64,000 bases of DNA from Balanoglossus misakiensis. Its lineage: Eukaryota > Animalia > Hemichordata. Below, piece after piece: positions 27,380-38,714 of the stretch (position 1 is its first letter; each line of letters starts with the position of its first letter). Location: positions 2,958,831 through 3,022,830 of the forward strand of contig CM082578.2 of NCBI GenBank assembly GCA_040954595.2, written 5' to 3'. The notes beneath the pieces were generated by a model. It ran no database searches. It was not told the DNA's origin and saw nothing but the letters and a program-made list of their open reading frames with translations. The translations under genes were made by a program, and so were the position numbers.

Positions 27380-27960
27380 AGTAATAATAATAATTTATAA
27401 TAATAATAATAATAATTTATTTGTATAGCGTCAGTATCCACAAAAATGTGATCAATGACGCTTAAAGCAAAAGTACAATACAACGAATGGCTAAAAAACA
27501 GATTTAAAAAGTAAAGTTTTAACATTTGATTTAAAAACAGATAAGTCTGGTGCCTGGCGAATGGTGAGTGGAAGATTATTCCAAAGAATTGGAGCAGCAA
27601 CAGTAAAAGCACGATCACCATAACTCTTGGTGCGTGATCGAACAGGGCAGAGTTTGAACTGATCAGCTGACCTTAAATTGCGACACGGAACATATAGATT
27701 AGTCATGCTTGAAAGATAGATTGGACCAAGTTTATGAATGGATTTAAAAATGAGAACTAACATCTTAAAAACAATACGCTCTGTAACAGGTAGCCAGTGC
27801 AACTGATACAAAATTGGAGTGATGTGACAGGTGATTTTTGAACGAGTTACAATTCTAGCAGCAATATTCTGAACGCGTTGGATACGGTTGATTGAATACT
27901 TCGGGAATACTTCGGGAGCCCAAATAAAAGTGAATTACATGAATCAATTCGAGACGTAAT
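27380..27960 (-). mobile_element. L2-type LINE 3' fragment
   Basis: LHWLPVTERIVFK...YGDRAFTVAAPILWN...FKSNVKTLLF. (TTA)n tail at 27382-27415. Confidence 0.88.
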
Positions 27961-30900
27961 GAGTACAAAATTTCCAAGGGAAAAAGTATCTTCCTACATT
28001 TACAGTACATTTCACATTTACCTTTGGTCAGGTCTTCTTTCTCTTATACATCTGAAATGATATTAAAAGCATAACATAAAATAACTATCTGTTGTACCTC
28101 ATCTCCTACTGGCAACACTGAACATTTCTATATATACATGCTTCCGCCAATAGAACAAACTATTAGTTGATACACCCAGTAGAATATAAATGCCATACAA
28201 GTTGTCAAAAGTGCTTTTATACACCAAGTATTCTGCTAGAAGACACAGTATGCATATGTTTAAAGACTGTTGTTGACTTGAACTCTATTTTCTATGATAA
28301 CAGCAATCGCATCATGTATTGCCAATGGAATCCATGACTAGACTCAAACCAGAAACTAGCTGACACAACAGAGCTTTACACAGTACAAAGCGTAAAGAAG
28401 CATCGAAATCATCCATATTGCTTACATGTGATATATGGCTTATGACAGTCCAAATATCATTGCGACGCCGTTTCACTCAGATCAATTGGTCATAGTGGAG
28501 TGGAAATGTGGTAGTTCATGAGAGTTCATACTGGCAGTTCAATCACATATAATTGACGAGTTGGTGCCCATGACAGTATAAAGCAGTAGTTAATCAAATT
28601 TTGTCAACAGTACTACATGTACATGTACTTGGAAAATATTTGCAGAACTACTAAATAAGCCAAGATACATTTCTCTCAAATCAGTGTTGCAATTGAGCAT
28701 TTATATAATTAAATGATGAAGCAGTATTTGTCACAGACATATGTTGTAAGTAGCAAAAGAAACAGTTTAGGTATTTTGATAGGGTTCGATAACTCAGTTG
28801 TTACCGGCATTTTAGATTACGGCGTCGGCACCTAATGTCCGTCATATTTTCAGCATATGCGTTCATATCATTTGTCTATGGACTTTACCCATGTTTTGAG
28901 GGAAGTTGTCGGGGGTCCCCAACGGCCTTCCATAAAATACAGTCTGGTCTCGTACTCTAGTTTCAGTGGTCTTTTGTGCTACTCCGACAAGTTTTGATGG
29001 TGACCGTACTACTGATCGTTTGAATAAAATCATGTCAAACGGTACACCGTCTTGGCCTAATTCGGAGGAAAAACGACACTCCATGGCGCATGCTCAAGTA
29101 TACCTACAAAAAGGATTTGAATAATTTATGTTTAACCAATCAGGTATCAGGGAGACTACCATCGACTACAAATGAACAAGACTATTAAGGTTACTTTGAT
29201 AACATGAGGCAGACGTTGGCAATGTCATCTCGCTTACCACTGACCCAGGTCCAACCAATTGATATGCACAATGTAATATATAATTTTTCTACTAGAACTG
29301 AAATTTGTTCAACCGTTTTTGCAGTGCTAACACGGTGACACATACGGACAGAATTCGGTACCACATTGTAGCGCACGTGTGTGAACTCGTGAGGTAAAAA
29401 TAGACAAGGCACTCTGTCAGATACATCATTTATTTCAGAAGAAATCCATACGAACCTGGCCACCATTACGAGACACTTCCGAAGAAAGTTCACACCCAGT
29501 CTGAACTGAATCAGTCGAGCATTTAACGGTACTCGTTCGAAAAACCGTATATTTGGCTCAATATAAGATGTCACATCATACAGAAATATCCTTTTTAAAA
29601 ACCATGCAAATGTGATAATTTCTTGCTTATAAGCTTAGTTTATTGGACATTTACGCTGTTATCTGGCGAATACGTGGCGTAGAGCCAGGAGGATCTATGC
29701 TTCTATGATTAGGTGACATCAATAGTCTGGGTAAATTTCTCGAGCGCTGCAGCATTGTTTTGGCTTTACATTGATATAACATTTATGATTTAAATTTGTA
29801 AACAAAATGAATATTTAGATGTCTCGATCACAAACAAATAAAAGGAACTGGCATCTTATGAAACATTTTGAATTTTTGCAAAGCTTGTTAATGCAAGAAA
29901 TTGATGTATGGATGGATAGATGCTGCCTTACCAACAACCAAAACTTTCTTCCCTTTGAATTTGCCATTTTCCCGATATTCATTCGCATGGATCTTTATTC
30001 CCTTGAAGTTTTCTTGACCAGGATAGACAGGGGTATATACTTTGTTAAAGGGCCCGGTACACACCATGACGTAATCAAAGTTTTCAACGGAAGCTGTGCC
30101 GTCATTGGACAGCAGATGGAGCCTCCAGTACTCGTTCCCGTCATGCATTTCAACTTTGGCAACCTTTGTATCGAATCTGATGTACTTCTCAAGGTCAAAG
30201 TGGGCTGCATACTCTTGTAAATATTCTAGACAGAGGCGGTGACCAAAATAGGGTGTGTATTCTTTTGGGAAAGGGAAATCTGAAAACGAGGTCATTTCTT
30301 TGCTAATGATGGTCGCAAGAGAGTCATACATGGCGCCCCCTTGTTCAGGTCGCAACTCAGATGTGTGGTACCACAATCCACCTGAAAAGAAAGTGCGTAA
30401 CATGAGTAATGATAAATGTATTGCCTAGCACTGTCCTTATTTCATTAAAGGAAACATGTTTACTGACACATGTTGAGGTTATCCATTATAACAGTCCAAA
30501 CGACAACACTTAGGCACAGTTGCCGGGTCAATAGATCCATTGCAAACTGTACATTTTATACCCAAAGTAAGATCCGGCGAAACTTGGTTAAAGCACACTT
30601 AGTTTCGCCATTGGGACATATTGATTTATGTTGACATTGTCGACATCTGATAGAGGTCAATGTTGTGAATAATTGTGTTTTTCCCTTGGCACTCTCAGAG
30701 ATTGCATATCGCCTTAAAAATGGATTTTCGAAACTTAATGTATATGCACTTTCAACCAAGACAGGCAACGAACAATCCTGTTATAAGTCACTATAGAAAT
30801 ACATAATGTTGTTGTCAAAGGTAAATTCTTTTGATCGTCTAAGTAAACCAATAATGTTGTGTTTGACAATCAGAAGTTTTACCTAGTTTGTCGTGTCTCT

Positions 30901-32626
30901 CGAAACAGATCGGCTCCAATCCATCTTCTTCCAGACAACTCTTGATAGACGTGAGGCCAGACACTCCAGCACCTATGATAGCCACGAGGGCGTTCAGGTA
31001 GACACATACCAGTCACTTCGGTCCTCGATTTTTTCCCAATTTTTCGCTCCCTACGGACGTTTTTTGCACAGAAGACCGTACGACCAGTTACTTTAAATAT
31101 TTGTCAGCACCGCCAGTGATCTTTCGAAATGGCTGTGCCTATAGAAGTGTGGAGAGCGAGAGTTGGAACCTTCAACCATCCACCGAGTGGGACATGTGTA
31201 CGCCATCTTGGCCACGGCGGTAATTTGAATGCTTTATGCCTGGCTGTTCGACTTGCTCTCATATCCACATTACTGCTGTCTGGAGATATTGAGAGTAAAC
31301 GGGACCCAACTCAAATAGACAACAACAACCAGTAAGAAGAACAAGGCAAACCAAACTTTTTGAAGCAAATACACCGGCAGACAAAGATAATCTCAGCTTG
31401 GAAGACGTTATGCGAGAGTTACGTAACGTAAATCGTGACCTCAGTAGACAAATGGACAAAATGGCCGACGATTTGAATACAATATTTTTGAAGATTTGCA
31501 AGATGTAAAAGAACAACTACAAGATGCTCGAGAAGAAACCGCACGGCTGGCTGAGGAAAACAAGAACCTTAGCGATAATATCGGTGAGCTAACAAATGAA
31601 CTGGACGATCTGAAAGGTCAACTGAAACGAGAAAATCTGATTTTTAGAGGCATTGCCCAGGATGAAAACGTGACATGGGAACAATCAAAAACCAAGGCCA
31701 GAACATTCATTACGGGAAAACTTGGAGTTGACGGCAGCACGATAGAGTTCGACCGGGTACATCGCATTCCAGGTGCTCGCGCACGTCCGCAGCCAATAAT
31801 CGCGAAGTTCACGCACGTCAAACAACGGAATCAAGTCTACCAAGCAGCCATGGTTTTAAAAGACACCGAATTCAAGGTTACAGAAGATTTCACCAAAAGA
31901 GTCAGAGATATCAGGCGCAAGCTCGGTCACCACCTAGCAGCTGCAAGAGCTCAGGGTAAGAGAGCGTTTCTATCATATGATAAACTGAAAATAGACGGTA
32001 CCACGTACATTTATGACAGTGCGCTTGACGATATCCGTCCGCTATCCGATAGAAGAGTGAACCGCGACCGTAGATAGATGAAGGCCATGGCAAAAGGAGA
32101 TAAGATGTAACTACGAATCTGAGCGCGTCATTTTTCCGCATTATGATAATCGCACTGAGCATCACTTGCGTTGTATTTTTTGGAATGTACATGGGCTTGT
32201 ATCAAAACTTAGAGATCTGGATTTTCTTAGTTACCTTCAAAGCTTTGATTTGATCTGCCTGGTTGAAACATGGATTTCAAAGGATTCATACGTTAACATT
32301 CCTGGCTATAATGTATTTAAAAAACCAGGGTTCAAAAAATCTAAATATGGTAGACATCCTGGGGGTATAGTAGTTTATTACAGAGCAGCACTTAACTTAA
32401 AGATGAAGCTTATTGACAGTACATCGGAGAATATTGTATGGGTATTTTTGTATAATGCAAATAATTCAGTGGTCCCAGTATGTATTTTTTCTGTTGTGTA
32501 TGTTCCACCTGATAATGTTGGAAATGATGTTTCAAGATGTATTTTTGATATCCTAAACCATGAACTGGCCCAGTTTGTTATAGAATTTCCTAATTCACAT
32601 TTTTTCATCTGTGGCGACTTTAATGC

Positions 32627-35345
32627 AACTGGTGTCTCTGCCATTAATGAAGAGCTTGGTTTTAGGATAGGTAGACCTTATGGGGGCGTCGCCATTCTTT
32701 GGAGAAAATCTTTGTCAAGTGATGTTAAAGTGACAACCAAAGATTACAATGATGATCGCTTAACTGGTCTTGAACTCCAATGTGGTGATAAACTTCTTAC
32801 TATCTTATCGGTTTATCTACCTACTGATAGTGATCATAATTATGACGACTATGTAAGATATCTGTCAAAAATACAAACTGTTATAATGGAACAGAATCTC
32901 AGCAGTTTTATCATCGCAGGGGATTGGAATGCTGACCCACGTAAACCTTTCGGCAGAGAATTGACCGCATTCTGTATGGAACATGGGTACCCCATCTCTG
33001 ATATCGAGTTTCTAAATGCCGGTTCAGAAACGTTCACATTTGTCAGTGATGTGCACAACACTACGTCATGGCTAGATCACTGTGTGTCGTCTAAGTTTGC
33101 TCATGACGCTATTCTATCTGTAGAAGTTCTTAAAGATTATGTAGCATCGGATCATCTGCCGATCTCGCTCGTCATGTCATTTGGAAATTTACCTGCATTG
33201 GGTATGCACAGCTTAAATTGCAATAATGTTGGTAACCACATTAACTGGACCAAAGTGAATGACCATATGATCAACTCTTATAACATCAAGTCTGCTCGAC
33301 TTCTTGAAGATATACATGTGCCTTTGGAAGTACTACGTTGTGATAACAGGTTCTGTGAATCTGAAGATCACAAGTACTATATCGAGAAGTTTTATAATGA
33401 CATAATCTCTTCTCTTACTCATGCATCCCAAGACTGTTTCTTAACTTCAAATTGCAAGTTGGATCATGTGATCCCAGGTTGGAATGATTATGTTAAAGAA
33501 TTTCATGATAATTCAAGAAAAGCGTTCAAATTGTGGGTAAATGTGGGTAAACCACGTCATGGTCCTGTATATATGATAATGAGTTCAGCACGTGCACGGT
33601 TTAAACATGCACTACGCATATGTAGACGCCGTAAAAAACAAGCAAGGGCTGATGGCCTGGCTGACTCATTGCAGTCTCATGACTGCAATACATTTTGGAA
33701 GAAAGTTCGTTCGATGAAAAATCATAGCACACCTTTATCTTTGAATGTTGACGGTTGTTCTGGTCATCAAGATATTGCTAACATGTGGCAAAATCATTTC
33801 AAAATGTTACTTTCATCTGTGACCAATAATGACCATGAACAGTATGTGATGTCATGGTTAAATGATTCAGAGTCCATAAATGATGTACCGATCATTGCTT
33901 CAAATGATATTGCGGAAGTGATTAGAAAATTACCCTTTGGGAAAACAGCTGGTCATGATCACCTTTCGGGTGAACATTTTAAATATGCAAATGAGCGCCT
34001 GCATGTTATGTTGGCATTGTCTTTCTCAGCGATGTTAACTCATGGATATCTTCCTACTAATCTTATGAAAACTACTCTTGTCCCTCTAGTCAAAGATAAA
34101 ACCAGGGATGTCTCTAGTAAAGATAACTACAGGCCTATTGCTACGGTTACATCTAAGATGTTAGAGTTGATCATTCTAGAGCGTTGCAAAGATTTCCTGT
34201 ATACAACAGACATGCAGTTCGGATTCAAACGTGGTCATTCAACTGACTTTTGTATCTATGCAATGAAAGAAATAATCTCGTACTACAGTCATTTTAACAG
34301 TCCAGTTTTTGCATGTTTTTGGGTGCTACCAAAGCGTTTGATCGGGTAAACCACTGGGTTTTATTTAAGAAGCTTATTGATAGATCCGTGCCCTGGTATG
34401 TAATTCGGATTATAATGGTTTGGTACCGGACACAATTTTTTTGTATTAGGTGGGGAGAATGCTTTTCCTCGTTATTTTCAGTCAAAAATGGTGTCCGACA
34501 GGGTGGCATTTTATCTCCGTACTTATTTAATGTTTATATGGATAATTTGAGTGAACGTTTAAATTCATGTGGAAAGGGTTGTACCATCGGTGGATCTATT
34601 ATTAACCAATTGATGTATGCAGATGATATTGCTTTGTTGGCTCCGTCCATCAGTGCCCTGCGTAAACTAGTTTCAATATGTGAAAAGTATGGTCTTGAAC
34701 ATGATATTGTATTTCACCCCAAGAAATCAGAATGCATGTATTTCATACCAGGCAAATCGAATCTGACTATAGATAAGATACCACCAGTGTTCTTGGGCGG
34801 TAAAATGTTGAATGTTGTGTCACACCATAAATATCTTGGCTATGTTTTTACAGAAACAATGACAGATGATGCTGACATTAAGAGACAGATGTGTAAATTC
34901 TATGCACAGGCAAATATATTGACTCGTAAATTTGCAAATTGTAATAATCATGTGAAGGTCAGTTTATTTCGCACCTATTGTACTAATATGTATTGTTCAC
35001 ATTTATGGTGGCAGTACAGCACGAAAAACATGAACAGTCTTAGAGTGGCTTACAACAATGCCTTTCGTATTCTATTGTGCCTGCCACGAGATTGCAGTGC
35101 TAGTGGGATGTGTGTATTTAACAATGTCCCTTCCTTCGAATCTTTGAGGCGAAAATTACTTTACAAATTCTATGTCAGAATTTACAACAGTGGCAATAGC
35201 ATTTTGAACAAATTAGTGAACTCTGATGTCTAAATTTCTGTCTAAATTTCAACAGCTGTACAGAAAGTCGATGTATATATTATATAGCTGTTCTATGGGA
35301 TGTACTTTAAATCCTGATTTAAAAAAATAAATAAACAAAATAAAA
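32627..35345 (+). mobile_element. 5'-truncated APE-RT LINE of a different clade, nested in frame
   Basis: Has its own APE motifs (GRPYGGVAILW, GDWNAD, SWLDH, SDH) and RT (QGGILSP, YADD). Frameshift at ~34320. A-rich tail. TTTAATGC at both junctions (32619-32626 and 35346-35353). Confidence 0.88.
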
Positions 35346-35359
35346 TTTAATGCCCATAC

Positions 35360-35765
35360 TAGCCCGGAGACCAGGCGTCGATCTAGAATACAACGCCCGG
35401 GGACAGTCGAGCAAGTCCTGCTGAGCTGAAAGATAATAGCCCTGGCAACGATCAGGGTCGCTTAGTAACGAATGGATAACGAGTGATCTATCAAATGTTG
35501 ACGGGCGCCAGTGGTTGGATGATATAATTAACAAAGCTTGGTTATGAATATTCATACACCTTCAAAACCACTCCCACATCCCGTTGCGGGAATTTCACAC
35601 ATGACTCCACCTCAATTTCCTTATTTAGAATTTGGTTTACATTGAGTGACCAATTAGCTTACACGCAAGATTTACCACCCGTGTCCTTCTACGAACAGAA
35701 TTCTGTTCGTAAATAGAGACTTTCCCCGGGCGTTTCTATTCCCCGACGCCCTGGTCTCCGGGCTA
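35360..35765. mobile_element. Non-autonomous TIR element with TAG..CTA ends and 9-bp TSD (AcademH-like)
   Basis: TIRs TAGCCCGGAGACCAGG(G)CGTCG. TGCCCATAC is duplicated at 35351-35359 and 35766-35774. Confidence 0.85.
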
Positions 35766-36466
35766 TGCCCATACAGCAAATGAACCTGATTTTATTAATG
35801 AGGATGTTTCTAGATTCGCTTGGTCAGATATTGTAGTTTTGAATGACTTTATCATGGATGTTCCAATCCGTAAAAACAAAGATGTAGTGTGTAATAATAA
35901 TGGTAAGACTTTTCTCGAATTTTGTAAGTCCACAGACCTGCGTATAGTCAATGGCAGACTCTACAAAGAGTCCGGCAGTGGTGATTTTACATTTGTAAAT
36001 GATTCAGGATCTAGTGTAATAGACTATCTACTTGCTTTTCCATGTTATCACATGAACTGGCCCGTATAGCGACCTGTGTGACGTAGAACAGGTCGAACAA
36101 AAAATCCGAATTTTCCCCTGTTCTACGTCATCAGCCGGAACTATTTTCAGCCATAAGTAGGTCGCGCGCTCTACCCCATTCATGTAAACGTAAATATTTC
36201 TACGTTACTTCCGTAAACAATGTCGAGAATAATAAAGCGATACACGCAAAGATGCATTTACGTTTTAGACTACGGCCTGAAAATTTGACGGATTTTAAGC
36301 GATCCCAAGTGAAATAAAGTTTCCAAAATAACGAGCAGACGGTAACCGAAAAATAGCGGGAACATGACGACAGATTTTCTGACGTCTGTGCCTTTCTCAG
36401 TGTTTTGCCAGTCTGGAGTACGGATAATCTCATCGCTGCTCGAAAATCGCAGAAAACACGGTGAAT

Positions 36467-38016
36467 ATGGCCGATGTACAGTCAGAAGAGTTCGACGACG
36501 ATATACGAGAGCTTTTCCGTCTCGCGGCGGAATTGGGAGCCATCGGAGCAGAAGATTTCTCCGATATAGATGAAAATACGCGGCCCGTTTCTTCCAACGC
36601 TCGACAAGCACATCCTCCACCGGCACCTGCTCAATCGCGCTACGTCGAATTCTCCGAGAGCGACAAGCAGGAGTTGATCACCCAGCAGAAGAAGAAATAT
36701 ACCGTGCAGTCCACAAATTGTGCTGTAAACCAGCTAACAAAGTGGATGCGCACCATGCGACCGACAGAACAACGACCGATCTACGAAATTCCACCAGATG
36801 TCCTTGACGGCTATCTCGGCAGTTTTTACGCGGGCGTTCGGCAGAAGGACGGCTCGGAATACGAACCAGACTCGCTGACAACATACCAGCGCAGCATAGA
36901 TAGGTATCTCGGTGAACACGGCTACAAATTTTCCATCCGCCGCGACAAAGAGTTTACTACGTCGCAGGCCACATTGAAAGCGAAACGTGGCCAGCTGAAA
37001 AGCCAAGGTAAAAGGCAACAAACCAAACGCGGCCGAGGAGTTAACCGAGCGGGAGGAAGAGCTCCTTTACGAGAAAGGTGTCATCGGCACAGACACCCCC
37101 GAAGCGCTGCTATTTCTTGTGTGGCTCAACAACCAAAAGCATTTCGGTTTTAGGGGGTGTCAGGAAAGTAGGCAGTTGTTGTGGGGGGATATCGCCTTGA
37201 AACGCACGGCAGATAACGTCGAATACCTCGAGTTCAACGAGAGAGACAACAAAACAAGAGCATCGGGGAAAGTGAGCGAACAACCGAGAGCGTATCCACC
37301 GAAGGCTTTCGCTATTCCGGACGACCCCTCTCGATGTCCCGTGTACGCGTACAAACAATACGCTCTCCACCGACCAGCAAGTCATCAGATCAACGACGCG
37401 CCTTTCTATCTGGCAATAAACTACAAACCAGAAACGGCTACCTGGTTTAAGCGTCAACCGATGGGTGCTAACAAATTAGACTCAATCATGATCACCATGT
37501 GCAAAAAAGCCGGGATAGAAGGGAAAAAAAGCAACCACAGCGTCAGACGAACAACTATCAGACGCTTACATGACAGCGGAATTGCGCCAACGAAACTTAT
37601 GCAGCTCAGCGGCCACCGGAACGTGCAAAGCGTGAACCACTACGCGGTAAACTCACTACAAGATCAGCAACATATGTCTGAGATTCTGTCGCGAGGTTCG
37701 CGTTCAAAAACATCGACGCCTTCTTCGACAGCTACGCGGGTAAATTCTGCAGACGCCAATGCAGAATCACAAGCGGTCGTTTCTGGCGCAACCCGGAGCG
37801 CAACGATAAACAACATCGTCCCCCCCCCCCCCAAATGCAGCAGCATCACTCCCAACAGCGGTTGGTGGTATATTTGGTACAGCAACATATAACAACTGCA
37901 CGATAAATGTTGCCGTGAATATAAGAGAATCAACATCACCTCGGTCCCCGAAACCTAAACGTCGTCGCGTCGCTGTGATATACGACAGCAGTGAAGAAAG
38001 CCAGCAAAGTCAGTAA
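36467..38016 (+). CDS. Crypton tyrosine recombinase (DUF3504 / ZMYM-KCTD1-QRICH1-related), frameshifted in homopolymers
   Basis: FYAGVRQKDGSEYEPDSL...SIDRYL, then an extra A at ~37010 (restoring QGKGNKPNAAEELT). Catalytic set present: GFRG (R), NKT (K), NHSVRRT (HxxR), SGH (H), NHY (Y). The tail KPKRRRV..YDSSEE is reached after a shift at the C-run near 37820. Confidence 0.85.
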
Positions 38017-38551
38017 AAGTCAGTCCGGGATGACTGCAAAACGGTCCTTTTCAGGACCAACCAACCAAACACAAACGGCCCTTTTAAGGGCCACCATATT
38101 CTCCAAAAAGAGAACTACCGATATTTTGTCTTGTTTTAATCTCAAATTTACACGTTTTTATGAAATCTTTAAAATTATGACAAATCAAGTTGCGCCTCTG
38201 CAGACTCGGCCGATTTCACTTGGAGCGGCCGAGCTGGGCCATCCAGAAAAAATAATGATTGACATAGGTGTCTATACGTCACGTGACATACTACGATTAT
38301 CTGATTGGTAGCCTGTACACAAAATGGTATCAACCATCAACTAATGGTATCAACCATCAACCAGTCTCAAATTATGAATGAAAGTTATTTGCATATCTCC
38401 CTGGGTGACCGACTCTTTACATCTTGAGTTAGCAGCAAAGAAAGTAATCCCGATAAATAAAATCGAGACCGCTCGAATATTTTAGCAAGATATTGGAGAA
38501 ATTTTATTCTAGCTCTTCGTACGAACAATAAGAAGACTGTTCATGTGATAA

Positions 38552-38714
38552 ATATATAATCCCATGATATTTTTCTTTGTTTAACGTCATCGTATACTCC
38601 TGGTTTTCGCGGAGTCGTACAACTTCTCGCCAACGGCTCGAAGTTGCACGGCTCCGCGAAAACCACTCGTATACGATGACGTCAAACAAAGAAAAATATC
38701 ATGGGATTATATAT
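38552..38714. repeat. ~160-bp imperfect palindrome
   Basis: atatataatcccatgatatttttctttgttt.acgtcatcgtatac...ttttcgcggag / ctccgcgaaaa...gtatacgatgacgt.aaacaaagaaaaatatcatgggattatatat. Confidence 0.95.

Larger units (their letters stand above)
36045..38714 (+). mobile_element. Crypton (tyrosine-recombinase) DNA transposon with terminal hairpin
   Basis: Interrupts the LINE APE domain between DYLLAFPC and NFPNIVHF. 13-bp inverted repeat TTATCACATGAAC (36045) / GTTCATGTGATAA (38539-38551), followed by a palindrome at 38552-38714. Confidence 0.85.

Noticed and set aside
29819-30220. Recurring + strand ORFs [15 protein letters not shown] (also at 46413 and 59454)
   Set aside because: Antisense shadows of the conserved FMO exon 2.
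36461-37892. Host ZMYM/KCTD1/QRICH1 gene
   Set aside because: It is intronless, retains the catalytic residues and is inserted inside a LINE, so it is a mobile Crypton rather than a domesticated gene.
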